DNA from: a virus
Virus record (IMG/VR): IMGVR_UViG_3300022188_000006
Location: 1-64,000 of that record
Direction: 5' to 3' (one strand)
Length of the DNA: 64,000 bases
Shown one piece after another: positions 18,353-28,258 of this stretch. Under the pieces are notes generated by a model, which had not been told where the DNA came from, did no database searches, and saw nothing but the letters and a program-made list of their open reading frames with translations. The position numbers and the translations under genes are program-made. The first letter of the stretch is position 1; the number at the start of each line of letters is the position of its first letter.

Positions 18353-18577
18353 TCAATCCTCCTTCCTCTCATAGTACGGGCAATCTCGCTTCAGGGGTTG
18401 CTTTCTGTTGATCACGCCCCCACACGGTTGCGGCGGCTTCTTGCCGATCCAGTAAAACGCCGGTGGAAGTTCATTGATTTTGTAAGGGTATCGGCAGAAA
18501 CCATCACCGCTCGGGTGCAACTTGCCCGCCTTCGTCAGATTCCAGTCCGCATACTTGCAACCCACACAGCTTTTCAT
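18353..18577 (-). CDS. small Cys-rich phage protein
   Basis: CxxC...C...C...C; ATGA coupling. Confidence 0.6.
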   Translation of the reverse strand: MKSCVGCKYADWNLTKAGKLHPSGDGFCRYPYKINELPPAFYWIGKKPPQPCGGVINRKQPLKRDCPYYERKED

Positions 18578-20349
18578 TTCTTTTCCTTCCATTCTTCGGC
18601 GGCAAGTAACAGGTGAGCCCACTGTATGTACTTGCGCCTTGTCCGCGGATCCGCGTAAAACTTTTTGAAATCGCCCGGTTTGTAGGCCGTCACGTTCACG
18701 AGTTCAGAAAGAGGAACCGTGATGCCGCACTTGACAGGAGAATGGTCGTAATAACAGATCTGACGCGACTGTCGCTTCCACTCGAACCTGGCACCTCTTC
18801 TGGTAATCTTTGTCGGAACAGCCGGATCAGGAGGCCCAGGATCTCCGTAGGGTTGGAAACGCTCATACCGGATTACGTGTTTGCAGCGCCAGTCGCGCTC
18901 CTGCCTGCGAACTTCCTTTTCGGCTTCCTTTCTCATCCAGTAGTCTCGTTGGCCGGTCAGCACTGACTCACTCGTAATCAGCTTGCTCAGGGCGTCCCTG
19001 TAAGTCTCGAAGTCGGGCTCCGGCCCGGCGTTCAGGCAATGACCGTAGTCGTCTATCAGCTCTATCCAGCGATTGAACTGTTCCGGGTTGTAAAGTTGGA
19101 TCCGAGGCAGGCCGTGAAAGGTGCCGCGGTCGAGTATTCCCTGCAGAATGAGGGCGAACTTGTTGTATTCAAGAGCGCGCATCGCAAGCGCGTGAAGGCC
19201 ATCTTCCAGGTACACGGTTTCATAGTTTAGCGGCGCCACGTCGTGGGTTCCGTAGATCCCCCTGCATCGCTCTTTGTATTCCCTTTCAGTTAGGACAGTA
19301 CAATCCGATGACCACTTATAGTCGACATAGAGCTTCCCACCGTAAAGGGGATCAGCACTATCCGGAAAGAGTGTTTCCCCAAAATCGTGCTCCGTACTCA
19401 GGCGCCACAGCCTCTGACCATCGCGGATATACAGGAAAGTCAATTTATCGGCGTCGTCAAGCCTGATGCGCACGAACATTTCCAGCGGGTCATCGTTGTG
19501 CCATTCTCTCCGGCTTCTTCTGACTCGGAAGGCAACGATGCTGCGTGGCATTGGAAGGATTCTTGAAAAGTTTTCCTCTTCGGAGAGCCAGCGTTCGAAG
19601 TCTTTTATCCGCTCGAAGGTGATGCCTCCCGTCCGGTATGCCGCGACACACTCTTCATCCATGTAGAGCCGCTGGCGGAAGATAGCGATCTTCCCGTCAC
19701 TGGCCGGCGCGCCATCCCGAACGCACTTGCAGTGCTCGCTGAGGCCAACATAAAGACGCACCGCGTGCAGCTTTCTGTCAACAGCCTGGGTAGCGCACTC
19801 CAATTTCCGCTGATAGCCGTGCATTTCGACCAGGGAATATCCGTACAAGGCCTCAAGCTGCTCACCAAGATTCTTAACTCGTTTCTCGATCTCCGGTATG
19901 CGCTTTTCGGTCACTTGCGAGAGGGCGTAGACCTGTTCCTTCGGATCATCCCCCGCCTTGGCTAGAGCCGTGCACGTCTCCTCCGGGGAAGAAGCAATCA
20001 TTCTCACGTCGTGAGTTTGCAGAAGGTTATGCAGCGACTGCATCTCCGACGCAAGTTCCTCGTTTGTTCGTGCAATGCTTTGCTCGATCAACCGCTTTGC
20101 CTCTGCGGTTTCGACCGGCTCAAGCTCATTGAGCTTGTCCACATGGACGCGCCTGCTGTGATAGCCTCCCTTTTTTCCAGGCATCTCTATCTGAAAGTAG
20201 TTCAACCCCTTATGAACCACCAACCAGAGGTTTTTCATTGGCTCAGCAGGTGCATCGGCCTCACGGACCCATGATCCGACAGCCGGCTGCCAGCCTTCCT
20301 CGCGTTCTGTCGCGAGTGCCTTCCTCTGGGCTAGGTGCTTTTGACTCAT
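18574..20349 (-). CDS. large hypothetical phage protein with coiled coil
   Basis: About 590 aa, GGAGG RBS. Confidence 0.8.
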   Translation of the reverse strand: MSQKHLAQRKALATEREEGWQPAVGSWVREADAPAEPMKNLWLVVHKGLNYFQIEMPGKKGGYHSRRVHVDKLNELEPVETAEAKRLIEQSIARTNEELASEMQSLHNLLQTHDVRMIASSPEETCTALAKAGDDPKEQVYALSQVTEKRIPEIEKRVKNLGEQLEALYGYSLVEMHGYQRKLECATQAVDRKLHAVRLYVGLSEHCKCVRDGAPASDGKIAIFRQRLYMDEECVAAYRTGGITFERIKDFERWLSEEENFSRILPMPRSIVAFRVRRSRREWHNDDPLEMFVRIRLDDADKLTFLYIRDGQRLWRLSTEHDFGETLFPDSADPLYGGKLYVDYKWSSDCTVLTEREYKERCRGIYGTHDVAPLNYETVYLEDGLHALAMRALEYNKFALILQGILDRGTFHGLPRIQLYNPEQFNRWIELIDDYGHCLNAGPEPDFETYRDALSKLITSESVLTGQRDYWMRKEAEKEVRRQERDWRCKHVIRYERFQPYGDPGPPDPAVPTKITRRGARFEWKRQSRQICYYDHSPVKCGITVPLSELVNVTAYKPGDFKKFYADPRTRRKYIQWAHLLLAAEEWKEKK

Positions 20350-20378
20350 GGCAACCTCCTGGACATGGTTCTGCATCA

Positions 20379-21290
20379 CTATTCCACGCCAGGACAACAT
20401 GTAAACCGATTATTTGCCAGGGCCTTCTCGGCGATCTCCTTGATCTGACGGAACGCTTTTTCTTGTGTTCCGGGCAGATGCACACCATCCGAGATGTCCC
20501 CATAGTGCATTTCCAAACACTCGACCAGCAGTCGCTTGATTTCTCCCTCTGGAGGCTTATAGGGCAGATCGGATGTCTGATATAGTTGTTCTAAGTGTCG
20601 CTCTTTGTCCTCGAAGAACTTCACGATGCGATCCTGGGTCCATTCGCCCGCCCTGACGGCACGCAGGAATTCCTTGTCGCGATCCAAACAAAGGTCTCCG
20701 GTGCTTAATATCTGTTCACACTCCAATAAGAGGCGCACCAAGTGGTAGGCGTACTTCGTGTCGAAGCCGTACTCCTCTATGAGTTTCTTGCGCTTTCCCT
20801 CCGGCTTCCTGGTACGCATCTTGTTCAATTGACTGTAGGCATAGCCAATGAACTTGTGGTAGCAACCTTTATGAAGGAAGAGATGCCGGTACTCCCGCAC
20901 CTTTTGAGCCAACAAGGTAGAATGGCGAATGCAATGGGCTGGAGAAAAGAGGACATCGACCATGTTCGGGTTGTTTTCCATGCAGAGATGGAAAAACTTC
21001 ACAATTGAATAGACGGTAAGGTCGTATTCTGTCTCACCGTCCTTGACATGGTGTTGTTGCCATACATCGAAACGCTTTTGCTGCCTTCCGAAACCCGGGA
21101 TCTCTCCGGCCAGGTGCGGGAACACCACGTCCTTCGGAGGAACAACGAATCCAACGATGTCAATATCGGAAGCATCCGTACTAATACCATACGCCTGAGA
21201 ACCAGTTACAGCCTCGAACTGCAGATTCATCGGCAGCCAGGACGGGCAGCTGAGCTTCTGACGCTTGAGAATTTGTTGGATCACGGACAC
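20379..21290 (-). CDS. Pol-beta-superfamily nucleotidyltransferase (YcgL/RlaP-like)
   Basis: GSQAYG...SDID, NPN, GYAYSQ, DTKYAYHLVRLL. Confidence 0.88.
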   Translation of the reverse strand: MSVIQQILKRQKLSCPSWLPMNLQFEAVTGSQAYGISTDASDIDIVGFVVPPKDVVFPHLAGEIPGFGRQQKRFDVWQQHHVKDGETEYDLTVYSIVKFFHLCMENNPNMVDVLFSPAHCIRHSTLLAQKVREYRHLFLHKGCYHKFIGYAYSQLNKMRTRKPEGKRKKLIEEYGFDTKYAYHLVRLLLECEQILSTGDLCLDRDKEFLRAVRAGEWTQDRIVKFFEDKERHLEQLYQTSDLPYKPPEGEIKRLLVECLEMHYGDISDGVHLPGTQEKAFRQIKEIAEKALANNRFTCCPGVE

Positions 21291-21982
21291 GTTGATACCT
21301 CGCATAGATCGGCTTTTGAAAGTCGTTTCTTGAGGCTCTTCAGGTCTTCCTTCGAAACTCCATCTGTGAGCTTGAGCGATTTGCGACGTGCATCCAAACG
21401 AGGCAACAACGAGCGATCGAACCTCGTCACCGAACAGTGGTAAAGCGGATCCGACAGTTTCAGACAGAATCCGACATTGGCCGGCACATCTCCATAGGCT
21501 AGGGCCTTGTCCCAGTCGCGGCGTCGTTGATCCCACTCCTTTTTCGTGACTTCCTCGGGCCTGTCAGCGTTGTCAAAGTAGTAGTACGGCTCGAACCAGT
21601 CCTGATTGGTGAGCAGGTCAACAAGGTCCTCCTGCTCGCAGTAGTAAGTGCCGAGAAATTTCGTCCTGAGAGGGAACACAACGACCTCGAAGTCGAAGTC
21701 CACGAGCGGATCTCGGAGATTCGTGCGTCGAATTTCCCGAACGCTCTTCATGAACCACCACCGAGCACTGGACATCGGCGAGCCTTCCGGATGCGCATCG
21801 AATGGGGCGACCTTTTTGACGCTCCTATGATCGAAAACGGATACAGCACACCGATGAATCAGCAGGTTTATCTGGCCTTGCGTCCGTTGACGCACCACCT
21901 TTCCCAGGTATACAAGGTCCTGGTGGATTTCCCGAATGTTGCGTTGTTTGAACCTGAAACCGGTAAAGATCTTCGTGCTCAC
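21281..21982 (-). CDS. hypothetical phage protein
   Basis: MSTKIFTGF..., YFDNADRPEEV...W. Confidence 0.7.
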   Translation of the reverse strand: MSTKIFTGFRFKQRNIREIHQDLVYLGKVVRQRTQGQINLLIHRCAVSVFDHRSVKKVAPFDAHPEGSPMSSARWWFMKSVREIRRTNLRDPLVDFDFEVVVFPLRTKFLGTYYCEQEDLVDLLTNQDWFEPYYYFDNADRPEEVTKKEWDQRRRDWDKALAYGDVPANVGFCLKLSDPLYHCSVTRFDRSLLPRLDARRKSLKLTDGVSKEDLKSLKKRLSKADLCEVSTCP

Positions 21983-21991
21983 TTTGTTTCC

Positions 21992-22687
21992 TCAAATGCA
22001 CTTGAAGGTAATTGCCCACACGGTCGGGTTAGCCTCCCAGCCGAGTCCGGATTCTGCATAGTGGTCGTTCCACATCGCGCGGAATCTTCCACGAGCTTGC
22101 GGAACACTAATGACGCGGCCACCATCGTAGGTTTCGTATTTGTCAACGCCTTCGGCGAACATGTCGTCGATACCTGTGTCCTGAATGTGCTGCAAGCGAA
22201 CGCCAAGAATCTCCAGAGTAATGCGACTCGCCCATCGCGGCATGCAGCGCCCGGGCTTCCAAGCCACGGGAGACGTGACGAGAAAGCCGCGGTGTTCGCC
22301 GATCTCGCCGGAATACTTTGAAGTACCGTCCGGCAGGGACGAATCGGCACTCGAAGCGATCACCTTCCAGTAGGCGAAGTGCTCTCTGTCCATGGTCGCT
22401 CTATATTGAATGCTGACAGCGCAACTGGCAGTAGCTCCTCCCAGCATCTCGCGCAAGAGGCGGAAAGGTTCCCTGACCCACAGACGGTCGCCAACGGCAC
22501 CGAAAGGGCAATCCTTCTCGGTAAGTTCGTTCGTCCCGTCAATCGACATAAAAGCCAGCGGACTGGCCTCATCGGAGGCTGGCACAAGCCAAGGCTGAGG
22601 GTCTACAGGCAGCCTGACCTGCGTTTTCTTGCCGTCAAGAATGGCACAGACTTCATTCTCGGTCAGGTCGAGTGGTCGCTCAGTCAT
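21992..22687 (-). CDS. ASCH/PUA-like phage protein
   Basis: AILDGKKTQxR, CPFGAVGDRLWVRE, MPRWASRITLEI, WEANPTVW. Confidence 0.8.
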   Translation of the reverse strand: MTERPLDLTENEVCAILDGKKTQVRLPVDPQPWLVPASDEASPLAFMSIDGTNELTEKDCPFGAVGDRLWVREPFRLLREMLGGATASCAVSIQYRATMDREHFAYWKVIASSADSSLPDGTSKYSGEIGEHRGFLVTSPVAWKPGRCMPRWASRITLEILGVRLQHIQDTGIDDMFAEGVDKYETYDGGRVISVPQARGRFRAMWNDHYAESGLGWEANPTVWAITFKCI

Positions 22688-22931
22688 GACCGTCTCCTAG
22701 TAGCTTTTTCTGGGGACACAGCTTCCGCAGGGCCAACTCCGCGGCAGTTTCCACCGAGCTCGGGTGAACTTCGATTACCTGATCACCTACACGGACGCGG
22801 AGCGATGACACGACTTCCTCCTGCTGTTCCTCCGACCAGCTAACCGACACACCTACCACTTTTCCAGTGACCTCGGTGCCCTTTATCCGGACTTTTTCAC
22901 CGAATGATATCTGTGTCATGTAGAGAACCAC
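22680..22931 (-). CDS. hypothetical protein (SH3-like)
   Basis: GEKVRIKGTEVTGKVVG. Confidence 0.5.
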   Translation of the reverse strand: MVLYMTQISFGEKVRIKGTEVTGKVVGVSVSWSEEQQEEVVSSLRVRVGDQVIEVHPSSVETAAELALRKLCPQKKLLGDGHD

Positions 22932-22943
22932 AACGCTTCCTCG

Positions 22944-23243
22944 CTATTGGTGGCGCCGTCGTTCTGGATCGACCAAGTCGTAGTATTGCGAAAGGACAAT
23001 TTCCTCGCCGCCGGAATAGATACGACCACCCTGGATCTCTAGGCCCTCCGGAAGGACAATGCCTTTTCGCCGCACAATATCGACGATTGCAGAGACAAAC
23101 AATTGCCGGATATACAAGAGGCTAAGATGCGGCATTTCGTCCTTCGCTTTCCGGAAAATATCTTCCAGCGGCGTGTGCTTCTCTATCATGTCGATTATCT
23201 GCTCGTTCACGGCATGCTCCAGCGTGGATGCGAACATCATCAC
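22944..23243 (-). CDS. hypothetical protein
   Basis: ORF in run. Confidence 0.5.
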   Translation of the reverse strand: MMMFASTLEHAVNEQIIDMIEKHTPLEDIFRKAKDEMPHLSLLYIRQLFVSAIVDIVRRKGIVLPEGLEIQGGRIYSGGEEIVLSQYYDLVDPERRRHQ

Positions 23244-23270
23244 GGTACTAAACGGGAAAGCCCGACAGTT

Positions 23271-24773
23271 TCAACGTAGGCAATGCAGAGGTGCACTCGG
23301 CAGGACGGTTCCGTTGCCATTGTGCATGAAGAACCACGATGGAGGAGGCTGCATCCACAACATCCACCGAGAAAAAGCTGTCCCAATAGAGGGAGATTGT
23401 GCCATCCCGGCGCAAAACCAAGCAGCGTTCTCCTTCTGCCATTCACTGGGCATTTCGGAAAAAGCTGCGCATAGTCTGCGGACATCGTTAATGTCGCTGT
23501 AGTTTCCAAGCGCAAGCGCAGCGGAAAGCCCTTTGTCGTTCGGCTCATGCCTGTCCGACAGGAACATCTTGTAGATGGACACCTGGTTCTTTTCGGCAAC
23601 ATCTAACAAGTCTGCCAAGGCCGTCATCTTGTCGATGGTGTCCAAAGGTATATCGTCTTTCCCGTCTTGCAATCGTGCACTGGTAATAAGCCAGCGCAAC
23701 TTGTCTCCGGAAGGCAAGTTCGCCGGGGCGAAGTTGAGTCGCATGAAACAGAAGACACAGAGCAGCTTTATGTAACCAAGAACACCAAGAGATTGCACGT
23801 CCTCCTCCGGAAGAACAGCGACGGTCTTGTTGTTTATTCCCTGAATAGCTCCATAGCGCTTCAGCAGCGGGTAGCTGGTAGTAGCAATTGCGCGAGCCGC
23901 GGCCGGGGCAATGACCTTCCTGGTTTCTGCGGGAGACAGAAGTAACGGTAACAACCGCACGTCTGGTTGTCCCGCTGATTGTAGCACCAAAGACACGGCT
24001 TCCTGTGCCATTTCGATGGTAAGTCTACGGATCCCCGTTCGTGCAAGGATAGACGTAACGTGGTTTTTGGCCTCCCTGGCCGAGGAACACCTGATAGCAA
24101 GGTATTTCTTGATGTGCTTCCAGGAAGTACTGGTTGGCTTGACGTAGTTTTGCTTCTCGGCCAGCTTCAATTCGTGCTCGGTCTGCCTCAGCCACACTGT
24201 CCACGGATTGTGAGATAGAGGATAGCCGTGGTTGTCCCACGGACTATTCCATGGGCTGTCCTTCGACTTACCCGCCAGAACTTCTGCACCGAAGCGAGCC
24301 CTTACAAGAAAATGTTTCGGACATTTCGCGGTGTGGACTCGAACTGCCAGCGGAAAGCTCCCACCGCAATCCAAGTGCTTTACGATGGCTCCCCAGTAGT
24401 CAAGCAGATTTTTCTCGTCAAGGTACTCGCTGACAGCAGCCTCGGCAAAATCATCGACGGAGAACACGTCAGTTAAACGCTCTGACACAGACCAATGTCC
24501 GGAAGTCACAGCCCATCGGCCAGCAGCCCGAAGCTCATCTTCGTTCAGAAGCTCTTCGCAGGCTTTCTGATCCAGCACTCCCTTGCTCGCATGTACCACC
24601 AAGTTGTGACTCGTCAGTTTCTCTACTAGGACTCTCCGCATCGGCCCGTGCACGTGCGAGCTTATCAGCTTCTCGCGGTCCTCGTGCGCCACACTCAGCT
24701 TGTCCGTTACAGGAACGGAGGGCACCTTGGAATCTGGCGGAAGAATGCGCACTGCAAGACGAGTTTTTGCCAT
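23271..24773 (-). CDS. hypothetical protein (500 aa)
   Basis: Long ORF immediately downstream of the tRNA. Confidence 0.7.
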   Translation of the reverse strand: MAKTRLAVRILPPDSKVPSVPVTDKLSVAHEDREKLISSHVHGPMRRVLVEKLTSHNLVVHASKGVLDQKACEELLNEDELRAAGRWAVTSGHWSVSERLTDVFSVDDFAEAAVSEYLDEKNLLDYWGAIVKHLDCGGSFPLAVRVHTAKCPKHFLVRARFGAEVLAGKSKDSPWNSPWDNHGYPLSHNPWTVWLRQTEHELKLAEKQNYVKPTSTSWKHIKKYLAIRCSSAREAKNHVTSILARTGIRRLTIEMAQEAVSLVLQSAGQPDVRLLPLLLSPAETRKVIAPAAARAIATTSYPLLKRYGAIQGINNKTVAVLPEEDVQSLGVLGYIKLLCVFCFMRLNFAPANLPSGDKLRWLITSARLQDGKDDIPLDTIDKMTALADLLDVAEKNQVSIYKMFLSDRHEPNDKGLSAALALGNYSDINDVRRLCAAFSEMPSEWQKENAAWFCAGMAQSPSIGTAFSRWMLWMQPPPSWFFMHNGNGTVLPSAPLHCLR

Positions 24774-24789
24774 GACTGATCCCGAAATC

Positions 24790-24865
24790 TGGAGCCGCCT
24801 CCCGGACTCGAACCGGGGACCTGCGGTTTACAAAACCGCTGCTCTACCAACTGAGCCAAGGCGGC
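24790..24865 (-). tRNA. tRNA-Thr (anticodon UGU)
   Basis: GCCGCCT acceptor stem, TGGTA D-loop, GCGGT-TTTGTAA-ACCGC anticodon arm, GGTTCGAGTCC T-arm, encoded CCA. Confidence 0.96.
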
Positions 24866-25693
24866 TCACACTCCATGACGCCTCAAAATGGCCTGTACAA
24901 AGAATCTCTGCCGAGAGGACAACCGTTTTCCCGCACCGATCTTCTCCCGCGCTTCTCCAAGCGTATCCATCTCCCAACCAGAAAGCATTCCGGAGTCCAA
25001 GCATCTGTCAAGCGACTGCACGGCCACTTGTCCCCTCACGGCATCGCGATTAACAGGATCTTCGGGAGAAACCACAGACCAGAAGGTCAACCTGTGCACA
25101 GGAGACGGACCAAGCTTTTGCAAAACCTGCCTGTGTGCCTTCGTTCCATATCCCTTGTGCTTCTCGAAACCGTACTCTGGAAATCTGGCTGCTAGGGATT
25201 GCATCACGAGGTCATGATGCGCCTTCGCAAGTATGCTGGCCGCGGCGACTTGGTAGACACAAGAATCAGCCTTGGGGATCGCTTGGACCCAGTTTACATC
25301 CTTCGGCAGCACGTTCCCATCGACAACAACCTCCTTGTTTGTTTCCTTCCTAATCTCGTCCACAACAGCCTTTACGGCCTTGTGCCAGGCAGGCTGAATG
25401 CCAATGCGGTCAATCTCATTGGGAGGGACTTCGGCAATTTTCCAGGCTGTGGCATGACCCCGTATAAGAGCGGCTAATCTGGCGCGTTCTTTTTCGCTGA
25501 TCTTCTTCGAGTCGCGCACCCCAGAAACTACCATTGGCTCTATCGCCACCGCGCAAACGCACAGAGGCCCTGCCAATGAACCACGTCCGCATTCGTCGAC
25601 ACCGATGAAGTCGCCTATGATCGTGAACGCACCGGAGTCGAATGACCGACCCGGCCGCGGAAATGGATTAGGTGCTCTCTTCGGTCGCGGCAT
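24866..25693 (-). CDS. rnhB: ribonuclease HII with C-terminal extension
   Basis: GVDECGRG, DSKK, VDGN, KAD, AAASILAK, HKGYGT, HR. Confidence 0.93.
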   Translation of the reverse strand: MPRPKRAPNPFPRPGRSFDSGAFTIIGDFIGVDECGRGSLAGPLCVCAVAIEPMVVSGVRDSKKISEKERARLAALIRGHATAWKIAEVPPNEIDRIGIQPAWHKAVKAVVDEIRKETNKEVVVDGNVLPKDVNWVQAIPKADSCVYQVAAASILAKAHHDLVMQSLAARFPEYGFEKHKGYGTKAHRQVLQKLGPSPVHRLTFWSVVSPEDPVNRDAVRGQVAVQSLDRCLDSGMLSGWEMDTLGEAREKIGAGKRLSSRQRFFVQAILRRHGV

Positions 25694-25742
25694 AGTAGTA
25701 CCTCTGTGCCATATTCAGCGGTCGTAAGCGGAAAAATCAAGC

Positions 25743-25778
25743 AAAAAGGAAAGGCGGCACCTAAGCACCGCCTTTCCC
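25743..25778 (-). terminator. rho-independent terminator
   Basis: GGAAAGGCGG/CCGCCTTTCC stem followed by TTTTT on the minus strand. Confidence 0.75.
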
Positions 25779-25847
25779 ACCCGAGGTCGTCGTGTGCCGA
25801 ACATACAGCCGGACGTGTATCTTCTTAGCACACGGCTAGTTGTGGAC

Positions 25848-26093
25848 TCACGCAGAAACCAACACGCCACCGCGCCTATGATACAGGAGTGACTTGGACT
25901 GCGCCCAGATGGCAACAATGTCCCCTGTGGTTCCGTCAACCCGGAATTCCACCCCGTCGTCGAAGGTCGTCTGGGCATCGTACTGGACCCCAAGAAACTT
26001 CAGGGCATTTGCCGCTTTGTCGGCTGCGTCACAAGGAAAATGCTTCGGATCCACGTTCTTCTCATCCCAGAACTGCGTATAGTCGTAAGCCAT
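25848..26093 (-). CDS. hypothetical protein
   Basis: Strong AAGGAGG RBS. Confidence 0.65.
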   Translation of the reverse strand: MAYDYTQFWDEKNVDPKHFPCDAADKAANALKFLGVQYDAQTTFDDGVEFRVDGTTGDIVAIWAQSKSLLYHRRGGVLVSA

Positions 26094-26123
26094 TATCCAC
26101 CTCCTTCCTTAGAACTTGCTTCC

Positions 26124-26774
26124 TTAGAACTTGATGATAAGCCCGGCCAGTCCCCAGGTGACTTCGTTTTCGTCGAAGTCCCACCCAGCGAAAAGACCGG
26201 TCTCGATCTCGAACACGCTCGTCCAGCACTTACTCACATGCACCCCCAAAAACTGCTCGGCACCTACAACACCGACACCGAGCCACCTAGCTTTTGGTAT
26301 ACGGATCTCACAGAGTTCTACTTCGAGCGCCGCACGCACCATATTCTGATCCAAGTCCCACAGCAGACCGCTGTGCATCTCCGGTATTTTGTAGGTTCTG
26401 ACAACCTCGGGTGCTACGATAAGATTTCCATCTTCGTCGTAGTCTGGATGGTCCTTGCTCGGTTTCCCAGGAGTAACCACGCCTCTGTCCCACGACCAGC
26501 GGAACCGACGCTCTGCCCGCCGCGGTTTCTTCGGGAGAGCTATCTTTATTGGCAACATGCCTGCCTCTTTGTGTCTGCTCTTTCGGTCAGCACTGACCGG
26601 ACGCGGCTTCACACTGTTCTTTCTGCTTTTGACCTGGCGCTGCCGATAGGCCAGCACCATTTCCCGCTCCTCGGGAGACAACAAGGCAAGTGACCGGTTG
26701 CCTACGGTGTTGCAGCCCACCAGAGCACAAAACGAGAGGACACAGACTAATCCTCGCCGACAATTCTGTCCCAT
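26124..26774 (-). CDS. putative lipoprotein with amphipathic beta-strand C-terminus
   Basis: Hydrophobic leader, LVG|C lipobox, C-terminal Phe. Confidence 0.6.
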   Translation of the reverse strand: MGQNCRRGLVCVLSFCALVGCNTVGNRSLALLSPEEREMVLAYRQRQVKSRKNSVKPRPVSADRKSRHKEAGMLPIKIALPKKPRRAERRFRWSWDRGVVTPGKPSKDHPDYDEDGNLIVAPEVVRTYKIPEMHSGLLWDLDQNMVRAALEVELCEIRIPKARWLGVGVVGAEQFLGVHVSKCWTSVFEIETGLFAGWDFDENEVTWGLAGLIIKF

Positions 26775-28258
26775 ATTTCTCCGGCCTCCTCGGCGGTCTC
26801 GTTGAAGAACCGCACCGACAGAGTGTTCACCAGCTTGTCTCGATCTACTTTTTTGACTTCTTCCCTTATGTGGTCAGGGACAGAGTCAAGATCAAACCCG
26901 CCCACAAAATCTGACCTGCGTTCACTAGGGCCAAAGGCAAGCCCATGATCTATGCTGTAGAGATGGCCATTGTTGTCTACCAGCACATTGCCTAGATGGC
27001 CGTCGGTATTGGCTATGAATGCGTGCAAGATCGCTATTCGCCAAGCATCATCAACAGCATCAGCCCCGAAATGTTCGGCTATCACGTCTTCGTCGATATA
27101 CCTCATACCAGGCGGTAGAGCCCTACTAAGTGTCTTTGAGTTCTCCACAAACCTTTGGCAGCTTGCAGTGTACTTAGCACTTGGATCGCGCAAATCGTCG
27201 CTGTTTACATATTCGAAAGCGTCTGCGCGGATGACCTTCTCCATAATTTCGGGATCCGGAAGATAGTCCTTGATGACAGTAGTCTCTGGTACGATACTCC
27301 ATCCGAACATCTTTGCTATCTCATAAGCCATTACCTCGCGCTCAGAAGGACTGTCACCCTCAAGTCCCTCTCTGAGCATCCCATCAAAGGCTGATAGCGA
27401 GTCAAACTTTTGTATTGCTTTTGCACCCTCTTTTGTCTTTCGCAGAAGTGTTACACTACCGACGCCTTGCTCGCTGAAAAGCTCCAACTTTCCTGCCGCA
27501 GCCATCCTTCTGAATACGCCACCGAACTTTTGTGCTTTTGGGTCTGCCTTTCCTCCCACGTGCTTGCGTTTATGTGGATCGACTAAATTTTCCAATTTCT
27601 CGGCTATGTCAAGAGCATACGTCATCCAAGCAGAGTCGAAGAACTCGCTTATCTGCCCCGCAGTATACGTAGCAGACGAGATACGCTCCTTGTCTGTCTT
27701 TGCGTGTTTAATGTCGCGAAGTCCACGATTTAGGCGAAGATAACTGGGTTCTATCTCTGGCTCTCCCGCTTCTGCTTCAACTTTCGGCGACATGTCACGT
27801 AAACGCTCCACAAGCGCAACAACTGCTTCTCCGATTTCTTTCATCTGTTCGGCTGCCTCAGCTGCTGATAGCTTTCCCCGTTCCGCCTGCTCAACAATTT
27901 CCTTGGTTTTGTCTTCTACCTGAAGCAGCGTATGCAGCTTTGGTACTGTTCTAAAACCAACCTCATGGCGCTGCCCAAGTTTTACCCACTTACCCCCTAC
28001 CAAGGCTTTTCGCGATTTGGGATTGTAGGGTAGCCACTCGCCTTTGAGCTTTATGTGCCACCCGCTAACCCACCTTCTTATAGTACCGTCTTTGTAACCG
28101 CGTCCGCTAGGATCTCTGTAAGGGTCAAACAGCGAAGGCGGTTTGTAGCCCTCAGGCTTTGGTTTCTGCACCGTCGGTACAGTCTGCTTCCAGACGCCCT
28201 GAAATTGCCGAAGATCCAGGATCAAGCCAGGCATAGTATCAGCTGCTTTCTTCTTCAT
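26747..28258 (-). CDS. HipA/PI3K-PI4K-like kinase A
   Basis: AIQK, REVMAY, IVPET, SCQRFV, NTDGHLGN, IDHG. Confidence 0.85.
   Translation of the reverse strand: MKKKAADTMPGLILDLRQFQGVWKQTVPTVQKPKPEGYKPPSLFDPYRDPSGRGYKDGTIRRWVSGWHIKLKGEWLPYNPKSRKALVGGKWVKLGQRHEVGFRTVPKLHTLLQVEDKTKEIVEQAERGKLSAAEAAEQMKEIGEAVVALVERLRDMSPKVEAEAGEPEIEPSYLRLNRGLRDIKHAKTDKERISSATYTAGQISEFFDSAWMTYALDIAEKLENLVDPHKRKHVGGKADPKAQKFGGVFRRMAAAGKLELFSEQGVGSVTLLRKTKEGAKAIQKFDSLSAFDGMLREGLEGDSPSEREVMAYEIAKMFGWSIVPETTVIKDYLPDPEIMEKVIRADAFEYVNSDDLRDPSAKYTASCQRFVENSKTLSRALPPGMRYIDEDVIAEHFGADAVDDAWRIAILHAFIANTDGHLGNVLVDNNGHLYSIDHGLAFGPSERRSDFVGGFDLDSVPDHIREEVKKVDRDKLVNTLSVRFFNETAEEAGEIWDRIVGED

Noticed and set aside
24790-24865. 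tRNA as a prophage att boundary
   Set aside because: Phage-like genes continue co-directionally on both sides; no integrase or duplicated tRNA 3' end was seen in the window.
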